From Bacillota bacterium (GTDB taxonomy: Bacteria > Bacillota > Clostridia > TANB77 > CAG-508), in assembly GCA_963928415.1 (NCBI GenBank), contig CAWVEX010000003.1, positions 10,632-74,631 on the forward strand: a DNA stretch of 64,000 nt, written 5' to 3'. Shown here in pieces: positions 9,955 to 18,826 of the stretch. Both the position numbers and the translations under genes were made by a program. The notes beneath the pieces were generated by a model that did not search any database, was not told the DNA's origin, and saw only the letters and a list, made by a program, of their open reading frames with translations. Numbering within the stretch: the first letter of the stretch is position 1; every line of letters begins with the position of its first letter.

Positions 9955-10182
9955 ATGTTTAAAGAAGAAAAAGGTATAACTTTAGTAGCTTTAGTAGTAA
10001 CAATTATCGTTCTACTTATATTAGCAGGTGTTGCTATTAGCTTAACAGTAGGACAAAATGGATTATTCAAAAGAGCTCAAAATGCTGCAGAAACTTGGAA
10101 CAGAGCTGAAGCTAATGAAAATTCTTGGATGACTGATTCAGTTGACAAATATGACAGTGTATACAATCAATATCTTAGATAA
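9955..10182 (+). CDS. Short pilin-like protein (75-aa precursor) with a non-canonical class III signal
   Basis: MFKEEKG|ITLVALVVTIIVLLILAGVAISL: short basic leader ending in KG, then a 20+ residue hydrophobic helix. Ala replaces Glu at +5. Strong SD AAGGAGGG and its own terminator. Confidence 0.65.
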   Translation: MFKEEKGITLVALVVTIIVLLILAGVAISLTVGQNGLFKRAQNAAETWNRAEANENSWMTDSVDKYDSVYNQYLR

Positions 10183-10232
10183 TAACTAACAAATTGCAAA
10201 TCTCTATTATTTTAAATAATAGTACTAAATAT

Positions 10233-10269
10233 GGAGGTTACCTAAATTATTCGTATTTAGGTAACCTCC
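10233..10269 (+). terminator. Strong hairpin after the mini-pilin gene
   Basis: Perfect 15-bp stem GGAGGTTACCTAAAT/ATTTAGGTAACCTCC with a 7-nt loop. The downstream T-tract is weak. Confidence 0.7.
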
Positions 10270-10334
10270 ATTATACTAATAAAATTTAATTAGCTATTAA
10301 AAAAATATTAATTTATACTAAAAGGAAAATAAAA

Positions 10335-11129
10335 ATGAACATATTTTTTTATATAATAATATTTATAATGGGAAGTGTTTTTGGAAGTTTTCTAACACTT
10401 GCCACATATAGAATACCTCTAAATCAAGATATAACTCATAAACATTCATATTGCCCAAAATGTAATCACAAACTTGGATTTTTAGATATGATACCAATCC
10501 TTAGTTATTTATTTATTAAAGGTAGATGTAGATATTGCAAATCTAAAATAAGCCCAAGATATTTTATAATAGAAATACTATGTGGCATAGCTTTTGTTTT
10601 ACTCGCTTTATCACTAAAAATAAATATCTATGAATTAAGTATATTAGATTTAATAAATTTTATACTTGGAGCATTATATATTGTATTTTTATTTTTAGTA
10701 GCAGGCATAGACATAGAACACAAGTATATTGATAAAAGAGTTCTAGCTTATGGATTTGTTATTTCTTTATTAAGTTTATTACTTGAATATATTTATGATT
10801 CAAATTTTAATGTTAATAGATTAATTATATATTTAGCAATTACTGTAATTATTTTGTTATTTAATACAAATCAGCTAAAGAAAAAAGGAAAAGATAGTTA
10901 TATAATAAATTTTATTTTATTATGTATTATAATAAATTTATTTTCTTATGAAGTAGTTACAATATATTCACTAATAATAACATTAATAACAATAATTATC
11001 TATCAACTAGTAATGAAAATTATTAATAAAAATAAGAAAAAGCAGGAAAACGAAATGTTACCTGTAGCATTTTGCTTATGTATTTATAATTGCTTAACAA
11101 TATTTTTGGCAAATTTTATGATTATATAG
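10335..11129 (+). CDS. pilD: Prepilin peptidase (A24 family, PilD)
   Basis: 264 aa with an N-terminal Cys box (CPKCNHKL...CRYCKSKI), polytopic. First Asp motif VAGIDIEHKYID; the second active-site region is divergent (KKGKDSYI instead of GxGDxK). Confidence 0.85.
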   Translation: MNIFFYIIIFIMGSVFGSFLTLATYRIPLNQDITHKHSYCPKCNHKLGFLDMIPILSYLFIKGRCRYCKSKISPRYFIIEILCGIAFVLLALSLKINIYELSILDLINFILGALYIVFLFLVAGIDIEHKYIDKRVLAYGFVISLLSLLLEYIYDSNFNVNRLIIYLAITVIILLFNTNQLKKKGKDSYIINFILLCIIINLFSYEVVTIYSLIITLITIIIYQLVMKIINKNKKKQENEMLPVAFCLCIYNCLTIFLANFMII

Positions 11130-11140
11130 TAGGTGATTAA

Positions 11141-11569
11141 ATGAGAAAAAAAAGATTTAATTTTAAAGGAGAAAAAGCAGCAACATCAATAGATATTGTA
11201 ACAGGTGTGTTTATTTTTATGATGTTTACATCACTTATATTCGCTTTATATATTCAAATATATAAGCAATCTTCTATTATAAAAATACATCAAGATGCAA
11301 TGGGATATATTATACAAATTTGTGAAGACATAGATATGGAAGACTATGAAACTACTGATGACTTAAATGAATATAAAAAAGATATCATATCAAAGATTAA
11401 TTTACCAGAAGACAGATATACTTTAACTTTGCAACAAGAAAAATATATAGATACCAATAAAGATGCAAAAGATATCTTAAAAAAAATTGTGATTAACATA
11501 AAATATACTTTTGACAATGAACAAAGAAGTATTGAAGTTAAAAAAATTAAAGTAAAAGAATTAATTTAA
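11141..11569 (+). CDS. Hypothetical membrane-anchored protein, possible minor pilin
   Basis: 142 aa; basic leader MRKKRFNFKG, then a hydrophobic helix (IVTGVFIFMMFTSLIFALYI). The motif is less clear than in the KGITL proteins. Confidence 0.45.
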   Translation: MRKKRFNFKGEKAATSIDIVTGVFIFMMFTSLIFALYIQIYKQSSIIKIHQDAMGYIIQICEDIDMEDYETTDDLNEYKKDIISKINLPEDRYTLTLQQEKYIDTNKDAKDILKKIVINIKYTFDNEQRSIEVKKIKVKELI

Positions 11570-11605
11570 GGCATACTAAAAATATGGAAGGAATGAATAT
11601 TAAAA

Positions 11606-12067
11606 ATGAGAAATCAAAAAGGTATAACTTTAATTGTATTATCTATATATATTATTGCATTTACTATTGTAATTACTCTTTTAGCAAATTTAAGTAGTTA
11701 TATATATAGTAACATCCATAATATAAGTGATAGTGCTATTGATTTATCTGAATTTAATAAATTTAATATGTACTTTATAGACGATATAAAAAATAACAAT
11801 GAGGCCTTAGTAAATAAAAATTTAACAGATGAAAATGGAAATAAATATATTCAAATAGCTTTTGCAGATGGTGATGTATATAGTTATACAATCGGAGATG
11901 ATAGTATATATAAAAATAATCAAAAAATTGCTAAAGATATAGTAAATTTTAATGCAGAATTATTAGAAAATAATAATAAAAAATATATTGAAATATCACT
12001 AAGAGTTGGAACAAATGACAAGACAAATTACGCAAAAACAATTAATTATGTATTAAAATATTGGTGA
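11606..12067 (+). CDS. Pilin-like protein with KG|ITL leader
   Basis: 153 aa; MRNQKG|ITLIVLSIYIIAFTIVITLL, Val at +5. Confidence 0.6.
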   Translation: MRNQKGITLIVLSIYIIAFTIVITLLANLSSYIYSNIHNISDSAIDLSEFNKFNMYFIDDIKNNNEALVNKNLTDENGNKYIQIAFADGDVYSYTIGDDSIYKNNQKIAKDIVNFNAELLENNNKKYIEISLRVGTNDKTNYAKTINYVLKYW

Positions 12068-12084
12068 TTTGAAAGGAGAGAATT

Positions 12085-13713
12085 ATGGCGACAAATTTAA
12101 GACAACCATTAGGTATTGAATTAGTAAGAAGAGGAATAGTAAAGCAAGAAGATATAACTACAGCTTTAGATTATCAAAGAACTCATCCTAAGGAAAAATT
12201 AGGAGATATAATAAATGATTTAAAACTTGCTGATTCAAAACTATTGCTAACAGCAATGGGGGAAATATTAGGAGAAAAAGTTATTTATTTAACTGATACA
12301 GATGTTAAAGTAGATATAACAAAATATATATCTATAGATATTGCAAGAGAATCTAAGGCAATACCTTTTGAAATTGAAGACGGTACAATCAAAGTTTGCT
12401 TTGCAGATATTAGTAATAAACAACAAGTAGAAACAGTTAGATTATTAATGCTTAATAAAGGTTTAGTAATGGAAAGATACATTACTTTTAAATCTAATAT
12501 AGATAAAGTATTAAATACACTATCATCTGTATCTACAGAATCTATAGATACAGAAGCAACTGGAACTACAATTGTTGATAATATAATAAGAAGTGCAATG
12601 GCAAAAAGAGCAAGTGATATACATGTAGAGCCAATGGATGACTGTGTAAGAGTTAGATACAGAATAGATGGTGAATTATACACAGTAGCAAAAATAGATA
12701 AAGAAAAACAATCTCAAATTATTGGTAGATTAAAAGCAATATCAAATATGCACCAAGAAAAACAAGAACCTCAAGATGGTAGAATTATAATGTACCCAGA
12801 ATATAATATTCGTGTATCTTCACAAAGAAATATACACGGAGAAAAATTTGTTCTTAGACTTTTGAAAAAAGATACAGATATTAAAAGTTTATTTGAACTT
12901 GGTTACCCAGAAGATGAAAAACTTTTAAAAAATGCATTTGATAAAAGAAATAGTATAACAGTAATTGCAGCACCAACTGGAGAAGGTAAAACAACAACAC
13001 TATATAGTGTAATTAATTATCTAGATAGACCAGAGATTAATATAACAACAATAGAAGATCCAGTAGAAATTCGTATACCAGGATTAAATCAAATAGAAAT
13101 AGATAATAAAACAACTTTTGCCGGTTCACTTAGAACAGTTTTAAGACAAGACCCAGATATCATACTAGTTGGTGAAATAAGAGATGAAGAAACAGCTGAA
13201 ATTGCAATGCAAGCTGGACAAACAGGACATTATGTTTTATCAACAATTCATACAATAAATGCAATAGAAGTAATATCTAGATTAAGAAAAATGGATGTAT
13301 CAAATTATGATATATCAAGTACACTTGCAACATCTATTTCACAAAGATTAATTAGAAAATTGTGCCCACATTGTAGAAGAGAAAGAGATTTTACAGAAGA
13401 GGAAAAAAATATAATACAATCTATTGGACAAAAATATGGAGTAAACTTTGATTTAACTAATGCTAAAACTTATGATGCAGTAGGATGTGAACAATGTAAT
13501 CAAAGTGGATATTTTGATAGAATAGCAATTTTTGAAACTTTACTTATATCAGAACCTATAAAAGACTTAATAGTAAAAAATGCATCAACATTAGAAATAA
13601 GAGAAGAAGCATATAAAGAAGGATATAAGCCAATGATTATAGAAGGAATTAATAAGGTTATTAAAGGAATAACTACTTTACAAGAGTTAAATAGTAAATT
13701 ATTATTCTATTAA
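12085..13713 (+). CDS. pilB: Type IV pilus assembly ATPase PilB (GspE family)
   Basis: 542 aa with an N-terminal T2SSE_N-like domain. Walker A AAPTGEGKTTT, Asp box, Walker B ILVGEIRD, His box, tetra-Cys CPHC...CEQC. Confidence 0.9.
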   Translation: MATNLRQPLGIELVRRGIVKQEDITTALDYQRTHPKEKLGDIINDLKLADSKLLLTAMGEILGEKVIYLTDTDVKVDITKYISIDIARESKAIPFEIEDGTIKVCFADISNKQQVETVRLLMLNKGLVMERYITFKSNIDKVLNTLSSVSTESIDTEATGTTIVDNIIRSAMAKRASDIHVEPMDDCVRVRYRIDGELYTVAKIDKEKQSQIIGRLKAISNMHQEKQEPQDGRIIMYPEYNIRVSSQRNIHGEKFVLRLLKKDTDIKSLFELGYPEDEKLLKNAFDKRNSITVIAAPTGEGKTTTLYSVINYLDRPEINITTIEDPVEIRIPGLNQIEIDNKTTFAGSLRTVLRQDPDIILVGEIRDEETAEIAMQAGQTGHYVLSTIHTINAIEVISRLRKMDVSNYDISSTLATSISQRLIRKLCPHCRRERDFTEEEKNIIQSIGQKYGVNFDLTNAKTYDAVGCEQCNQSGYFDRIAIFETLLISEPIKDLIVKNASTLEIREEAYKEGYKPMIIEGINKVIKGITTLQELNSKLLFY

Positions 13714-13769
13714 GATTAGTAAAAATAAAAAAATATTAAAATTATAGATAAGAGGAAGGAAATTAGATT

Positions 13770-14900
13770 ATGGACGTAAATGCAATATTAAGAGAGGCAA
13801 AAGAAAGAAAGGCATCAGATGTTCACTTTATACCTGGGATAAAACCAAAACTAAGAGTAAATAGAGATTTAATTGAACTTGAACAATTTGATATAATTTC
13901 TAAAGATGATATATTAGAAGTATATGATTATTTCTTAAAAGGAAACGTTGATAAAGATGCATATTTTAGGGAACATAAAGTTTTAGACACATCAGCTGTA
14001 TTTGAAGATATACGTTTAAGAGTTAATATTTCAAATTCTGATGGCTTACCAGTTGTTACAACAAGACTTATTAGAAATGAATTACCAACTTATGAAGAAT
14101 TAGGAGTACCAGATATAGTAAGAAGGATGACAAGCCAACCACAAGGATTAATACTAGTTACTGGTAAAACTAACTCAGGTAAATCAACAACCTTAAATGC
14201 ATTAATTAATTATATAAATGATAATGAAAATAAAAAAATATTAACACTAGAAAGCCCAGTAGAGTATAAGCATAAATGTAAAAAATCAATTATTGTTCAA
14301 AAAGAAGTAGGTGTTGGCGGTGATGTTCCAGCATATAGTATTGGTACAAAAAACTCTTTAAGAGAGGATTGTGATATACTAGTAATAGGAGAGATAAGAG
14401 ATAAAGAAACCATGGAAGCTGCAATTGAAACAGCAGAATCTGGACACTTAGTAATAGGTACACTTCATACTAAATCATGTGCAGAAACTGTGGATAGAAT
14501 GATTAACTTCTATGAAGTAGGAGATCAATCACAAGTAAAATACTTAATTGCATCATTATTAAAACTTGTTATATCTCAAAGATTAATAAAGAACAAAAGG
14601 GGAACACTATCATTAGTACCAGAAGTTATGGTTGTAGATAATGTAGTTTCAGGTTTAATTAGAAAAGAAAAGCTTACAACTTCTGAAATAGAAGATGCAA
14701 TACAAAGTGGTTCAAATAATGGAAGTATAGGACTAATTAATTCTCTTGCAAGATTATTTACAGAAGATGTAATTACTTTAGATCAAGCTAAGGCACAAGT
14801 AGAAGAAAAGAATATTGAAGTATTAAATAGAACAATAATGCAAATGAAACTAAAGAAAGAGGAAGCAGAAGGACAAAATCAAAATTCATATAATATATAG
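13770..14900 (+). CDS. pilT: Twitching-motility retraction ATPase PilT
   Basis: 376 aa; ASDVHFIPG, Walker A GKTNSGKSTT, ILVIGEIRD, AETGHLVIGTLHT. Has a ~40-aa charged C-terminal extension. Confidence 0.9.
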   Translation: MDVNAILREAKERKASDVHFIPGIKPKLRVNRDLIELEQFDIISKDDILEVYDYFLKGNVDKDAYFREHKVLDTSAVFEDIRLRVNISNSDGLPVVTTRLIRNELPTYEELGVPDIVRRMTSQPQGLILVTGKTNSGKSTTLNALINYINDNENKKILTLESPVEYKHKCKKSIIVQKEVGVGGDVPAYSIGTKNSLREDCDILVIGEIRDKETMEAAIETAESGHLVIGTLHTKSCAETVDRMINFYEVGDQSQVKYLIASLLKLVISQRLIKNKRGTLSLVPEVMVVDNVVSGLIRKEKLTTSEIEDAIQSGSNNGSIGLINSLARLFTEDVITLDQAKAQVEEKNIEVLNRTIMQMKLKKEEAEGQNQNSYNI

Positions 14901-14930
14901 CTAAAGAATAAAAAGAAGGAGGAATAAGTT

Positions 14931-16280
14931 ATGCCAGAGTATGTGTATAGAGCGGTTGATGAAAATGGCATAGTAGTAAAAAATAGGGTACAAGATAAAA
15001 GCAAATTAAGTCTAGTAAAAAAATTAAAAATAAATGGACTTATGCCTATTAGTGTTACTCAAGTAAGTTTTGGTAAATACAAAAAAAGCGGATTAAAGAA
15101 AAACATAACTAATGTAGATGAAATAATGCAACTTGCAAATTCAGCAAACATAGCTCCTAAAAAAGAAGGAAGAAAGTTTTCTACAGTTGAAAAAATAAAT
15201 ATGGCTTTATCTAAAACAGAGAAAGTAACAAGTAGAGATTTAGTTATATTTACACAAAACTTATATCTACTAAAAAAAGCCGGATTTAACAATGTTCATG
15301 CTTTAGGAACTATAATACAATCAACTGAAAATCCAACATTAAAAGGAATATTAGAAGATATATTAGCTGGTGTTGAATCAGGAGATTATATGTACACAAC
15401 AATGGAATACTATTCAGATATATTTCCTTATATTTATATAAACCTAATTAAAGTTGGTGAATTATCTGGATCTCTTGAAGATTCATTAAAACAAGCTGTT
15501 GAATATTTGGATTCAGCAGATGATTTAACAAGAAAATTAAAAAAGATTTTAATACCAAATATAGTACAGTTTGTTGTACTTCTAGTAATATTATTCTTTG
15601 GTAGCTTATATGTAGTACCAATTATTCAAGATATATTTGCACAAGTTGGAACAACTGATCAACTACCTTGGTATACAATAGCTTTCTCAAATATTTTAAA
15701 TAAAATACAACAGAATTGGTTTATACCAACAGCAATAATAGCTGTCATAATTGCTGGTATTGCTGCATATATTAGAACTCCAAGGGGGAAATATAGGTGG
15801 GATTATTTTAAATATACCATGCCTATATTTGGACAACTTATATTTGCAATTGATTTTTCAAGATTAACAAAAGCAATGGTTCTTAATTTAAAAAATGGTA
15901 TGAGAATTCAGGAGTCATTAGAAGTAAGTAAAAACGTTGTAAAAAACTTAGTTATGTTATCAATTATTGAAACAGCAATAAATAACATAATTGTTGGTGA
16001 CTCATGGGTTGAACCATTCGAAAAATCTGGATTAGCAGAACCTATGATAACAGAAATGTTAAAAATAGGTATGCAAACTGATTTACCTGCAATGATGGAA
16101 AAATTGGTAGAATATATGGATATTGATATAGACCAAATAATTGAAAGAATAGTAAAAATATTACCACAAATATTATATTCAATTATTGGTATTATAATTA
16201 TATTAGTAACAATAGTTGTATTAGTTCCTTGTATTCAAGTTTATATGGGTACATTCTTATTCGCAGCAGCAGGATTCTAA
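14931..16280 (+). CDS. pilC: Type IV pilus platform protein PilC (GspF family)
   Basis: 449 aa with two GspF-type repeats and three TM segments (e.g. LIKVGELSGSLEDSL, MLKIGMQTDLPAMMEKL). Confidence 0.9.
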   Translation: MPEYVYRAVDENGIVVKNRVQDKSKLSLVKKLKINGLMPISVTQVSFGKYKKSGLKKNITNVDEIMQLANSANIAPKKEGRKFSTVEKINMALSKTEKVTSRDLVIFTQNLYLLKKAGFNNVHALGTIIQSTENPTLKGILEDILAGVESGDYMYTTMEYYSDIFPYIYINLIKVGELSGSLEDSLKQAVEYLDSADDLTRKLKKILIPNIVQFVVLLVILFFGSLYVVPIIQDIFAQVGTTDQLPWYTIAFSNILNKIQQNWFIPTAIIAVIIAGIAAYIRTPRGKYRWDYFKYTMPIFGQLIFAIDFSRLTKAMVLNLKNGMRIQESLEVSKNVVKNLVMLSIIETAINNIIVGDSWVEPFEKSGLAEPMITEMLKIGMQTDLPAMMEKLVEYMDIDIDQIIERIVKILPQILYSIIGIIIILVTIVVLVPCIQVYMGTFLFAAAGF

Positions 16281-16297
16281 AATTAAAGGAGTTGTTT

Positions 16298-17209
16298 ATG
16301 AAGATTGGAATTGATATTGGCGGAAGTCATATTGCTACTGGTTTAGTTGATAAAAATGGTAACCTTATTTCTAAAGAGAGTAGAGATATTAATATTACAA
16401 ATATTAATGATGAAAAAAGAGTAGAAAATCTTCTTTTAGAGATTATTGAAAATGAAATAAATATGCTTTTAGAAAAAAATGATTATACTATAGGAGATAT
16501 TTCTAAAATTGGAATAGCAGTGCCTGGAAGTCCTAAAGGCACTTGCATTCGTAATTTAGTAAATTTACATATTAAAGAATTTGATTTAGGAATAAAGTTA
16601 AAACAAGTATATAATGTAAATGTAAAAATTAAAAATGACGGAAAATGCGCAGGCTTAGCAGAAAAAAAGTTTGGTTCACTAAAAAAATATAGAGATTGCG
16701 TATTTCTATGTATAGGTACTGGTGTAGGTAGTAGTGTATTTTTAGATGATGAACTATTAGAGCCTAGGCAAAATCCAGGATTTGAATTTGGTCATATGAT
16801 TATAGACAAAGAAGGAAGAAAATGTAATTGCGGAAAGTTTGGCTGTTTTGAAACATATGCTTCAATGAAAAGATTTAAAGCTGAAGCAATAAGCACATTT
16901 AAAATGAGTGATACAACAGAAGCTGAAGAAGTTCAAAGATTTATAAGAGAGAATATAGAAAAAAAGAAAGTAAGAGAATTTGTCTATGATTATTTAGATA
17001 ATGTAAGTATAGGGTTATCTAATATTATAAATATATTTGAACCACAAGCAATAAGCTTTGGGGGAAGCTTTTCATATTACTGTGATATATTTATTCCTAT
17101 ATTAAATGAAAAATTAGATAAATTAAAATTTAATAATGACACTAAAACAGAATTAGTAATAGCCAAACTAAAAAATGATGCTGGCATAATAGGGGCAACA
17201 GAAATATAA
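16298..17209 (+). CDS. glcK: ROK-family glucokinase
   Basis: MKIGIDIGGSHIATGLV with SD AAGGAG 7 nt upstream; ROK Zn motif CNCGKFGCFETY. The track start at 16229 overlaps pilC and lacks an SD. Confidence 0.8.
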   Translation: MKIGIDIGGSHIATGLVDKNGNLISKESRDINITNINDEKRVENLLLEIIENEINMLLEKNDYTIGDISKIGIAVPGSPKGTCIRNLVNLHIKEFDLGIKLKQVYNVNVKIKNDGKCAGLAEKKFGSLKKYRDCVFLCIGTGVGSSVFLDDELLEPRQNPGFEFGHMIIDKEGRKCNCGKFGCFETYASMKRFKAEAISTFKMSDTTEAEEVQRFIRENIEKKKVREFVYDYLDNVSIGLSNIINIFEPQAISFGGSFSYYCDIFIPILNEKLDKLKFNNDTKTELVIAKLKNDAGIIGATEI

Positions 17210-17217
17210 ATAAAAAG

Positions 17218-17241
17218 CTCAGTTAATAAACTGAGTTTTTT
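17218..17241. terminator. Bidirectional intrinsic terminator
   Basis: CTCAGTT/AACTGAG stem with AATA loop, A-run before and T6 after. Confidence 0.75.
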
Positions 17242-17461
17242 ATTGGTTATAAGAATTATTATCACTTTTTTCTTCAGGAGTTTCGACATTCTCAGGAATA
17301 ACTATATTTTGCTTTATATTTTCTTCAGGTTTTTCAATTATTAATCTATCTTTAACATTAGATATATTTAAATCTTTAGAATTTCCTTGAATAATTTTAA
17401 TTTTCTTTGGTTTGTTTCCATTTTGATTATTTTCTTCTATCATAATATTAAATAAATCCAA
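17240..17461 (-). CDS. Hypothetical K/N/E-rich small protein (uncertain)
   Basis: 73-aa ORF ending at the bidirectional terminator. TTG start without a well-spaced SD; low-complexity composition. Confidence 0.3.
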   Translation of the reverse strand: MDLFNIMIEENNQNGNKPKKIKIIQGNSKDLNISNVKDRLIIEKPEENIKQNIVIPENVETPEEKSDNNSYNQ

Positions 17462-17715
17462 TTAATTTATTATTGGATTAACCTCCTTCTTTTTTATTTG
17501 GCTTTTGGTAAAACCACAAACTTTATATATTTTAATAAAATTATTTAATTAAATCTATAAGAAATATATCATAAAAAAACTTATGTTACAAGGTTTTTTA
17601 TTTATAAAATTATATTTTGATAATAAAATAATTATTTGAATATATAAAATATAAAAAATAAATAAAAAACAAATTATCAATGTATAAATAATATAAATAA
17701 AGAAAAAATAAAGTT

Positions 17716-18078
17716 ATGAATAATAAAAAAAAGATAAAAATTGGAATTGTAGGAGTATTAACTGGCCTTCTTTGTGGTTTATTTGCTTCAGGAGGAGGAT
17801 TAATTTTAGTTCCTGCATTTGTATATATTTTTAGGCAAAGTGAGAAAAAAGCAAGAGCGATGTCTGTATTTTGCATATTACCAATGGTATTAGCTAGCTT
17901 ATTTTTTTATAACAAAGCAGAATATATAGATTGGAAACTAGGAATAATATGTGGAATTGGTGGAATAATAGGAGGAGTAATCGGAGCTAATTTAATGAAA
18001 AAAATAAACGACAAATACTTGATACTTATATTCATAGGCTTTTTAATTTATGCTTCAATATCAATACTTAGAATGTAG
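17716..18078 (+). CDS. TauE/SafE-family anion exporter, half-size subunit 1
   Basis: 120 aa, 4 TM, G-rich helices (GVLTGLLCGLFASGGGLILVP). Confidence 0.7.
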   Translation: MNNKKKIKIGIVGVLTGLLCGLFASGGGLILVPAFVYIFRQSEKKARAMSVFCILPMVLASLFFYNKAEYIDWKLGIICGIGGIIGGVIGANLMKKINDKYLILIFIGFLIYASISILRM

Positions 18079-18103
18079 TAATGTGAGAAATTTATAAAAA
18101 GTT

Positions 18104-18150
18104 ATTAAAAATATTAAGAAAATTAAAAATATTAAGAAAATTAAAAATAT
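18104..18150. repeat. 18-bp tandem repeat ATTAAAAATATTAAGAAA, about 2.6 copies
   Basis: Read directly between the two TauE half-genes. Confidence 0.85.
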
Positions 18151-18181
18151 ATAAAGATATTATTTGCAAAAGGAGAAGACC

Positions 18182-18550
18182 ATGTTAGAAGCAATAACTG
18201 GTGTAATTTCAGGAATAGTTAGTGGTATGGGAATGGGTGGAGGAACAATATTAATTACAATATTAGTTTGTTTTTTGTCTATAGACCAAAAAGTAGCACA
18301 GGCCACTAATCTTGTATTTTTTATACCAACTTCAATAGTAGCAACAATTGTAAATATAAAGAACAAACAAATAGAATGGAAACTTGCTATACCAATAGCA
18401 ATATTAGGTGCAATAGGAGCATTTATAGGAGCATTTATAGCGACAAAAATTGAAGTAGGTATGCTAAGAAAGTTATTTGCAATATTTTTATTAATAATAG
18501 CAATATTTGAATCATATTCTTGGTATAAAAAGTATGTAAAAAAGGCATAA
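18182..18550 (+). CDS. TauE/SafE-family anion exporter, half-size subunit 2
   Basis: MLEAITGVISGIVSGMGMGGGTILI after SD AAGGAG, 4 TM. The track TTG start at 18164 lies inside the SD region. Confidence 0.7.
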   Translation: MLEAITGVISGIVSGMGMGGGTILITILVCFLSIDQKVAQATNLVFFIPTSIVATIVNIKNKQIEWKLAIPIAILGAIGAFIGAFIATKIEVGMLRKLFAIFLLIIAIFESYSWYKKYVKKA

Positions 18551-18631
18551 TAAACATAGAAAAGCTAATATGTTATGAAAAGCATATTAAGATAGTAAGC
18601 TATCTAATATTTGTTACGAGGAGGTATATTT

Positions 18632-18772
18632 ATGAAATTTGTTAAAGGAATGATTGCAGGGATGGTAATAGCAGTTGGAGCTACAATGATGTGTAATGAA
18701 ATACAATGTTATGGACCTAATAAGATGTTAAAACAAGGAAAACGTATGATGAAAAAAATGGGAATAATGTAG
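18632..18772 (+). CDS. Small membrane protein (46 aa), not in the ORF track
   Basis: SD GAGGAGG 8 nt upstream. MKFVKGMIAGMVIAVGATMMCNEIQCYGPNKMLKQGKRMMKKMGIM: one TM plus a basic tail. Confidence 0.45.
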   Translation: MKFVKGMIAGMVIAVGATMMCNEIQCYGPNKMLKQGKRMMKKMGIM

Positions 18773-18826
18773 TAACTAAACAAAAAAATATTTCATATTA
18801 TATATAAGAAAGGCAGGTTATATAAT

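Noticed and set aside
12285-12683. 132-aa minus-strand ORF
   Set aside because: It is antisense within pilB.
16229-16297. Upstream extension of the glucokinase ORF overlapping pilC
   Set aside because: It has no SD. The canonical MKIGIDIGG N-terminus with AAGGAG begins at 16298.
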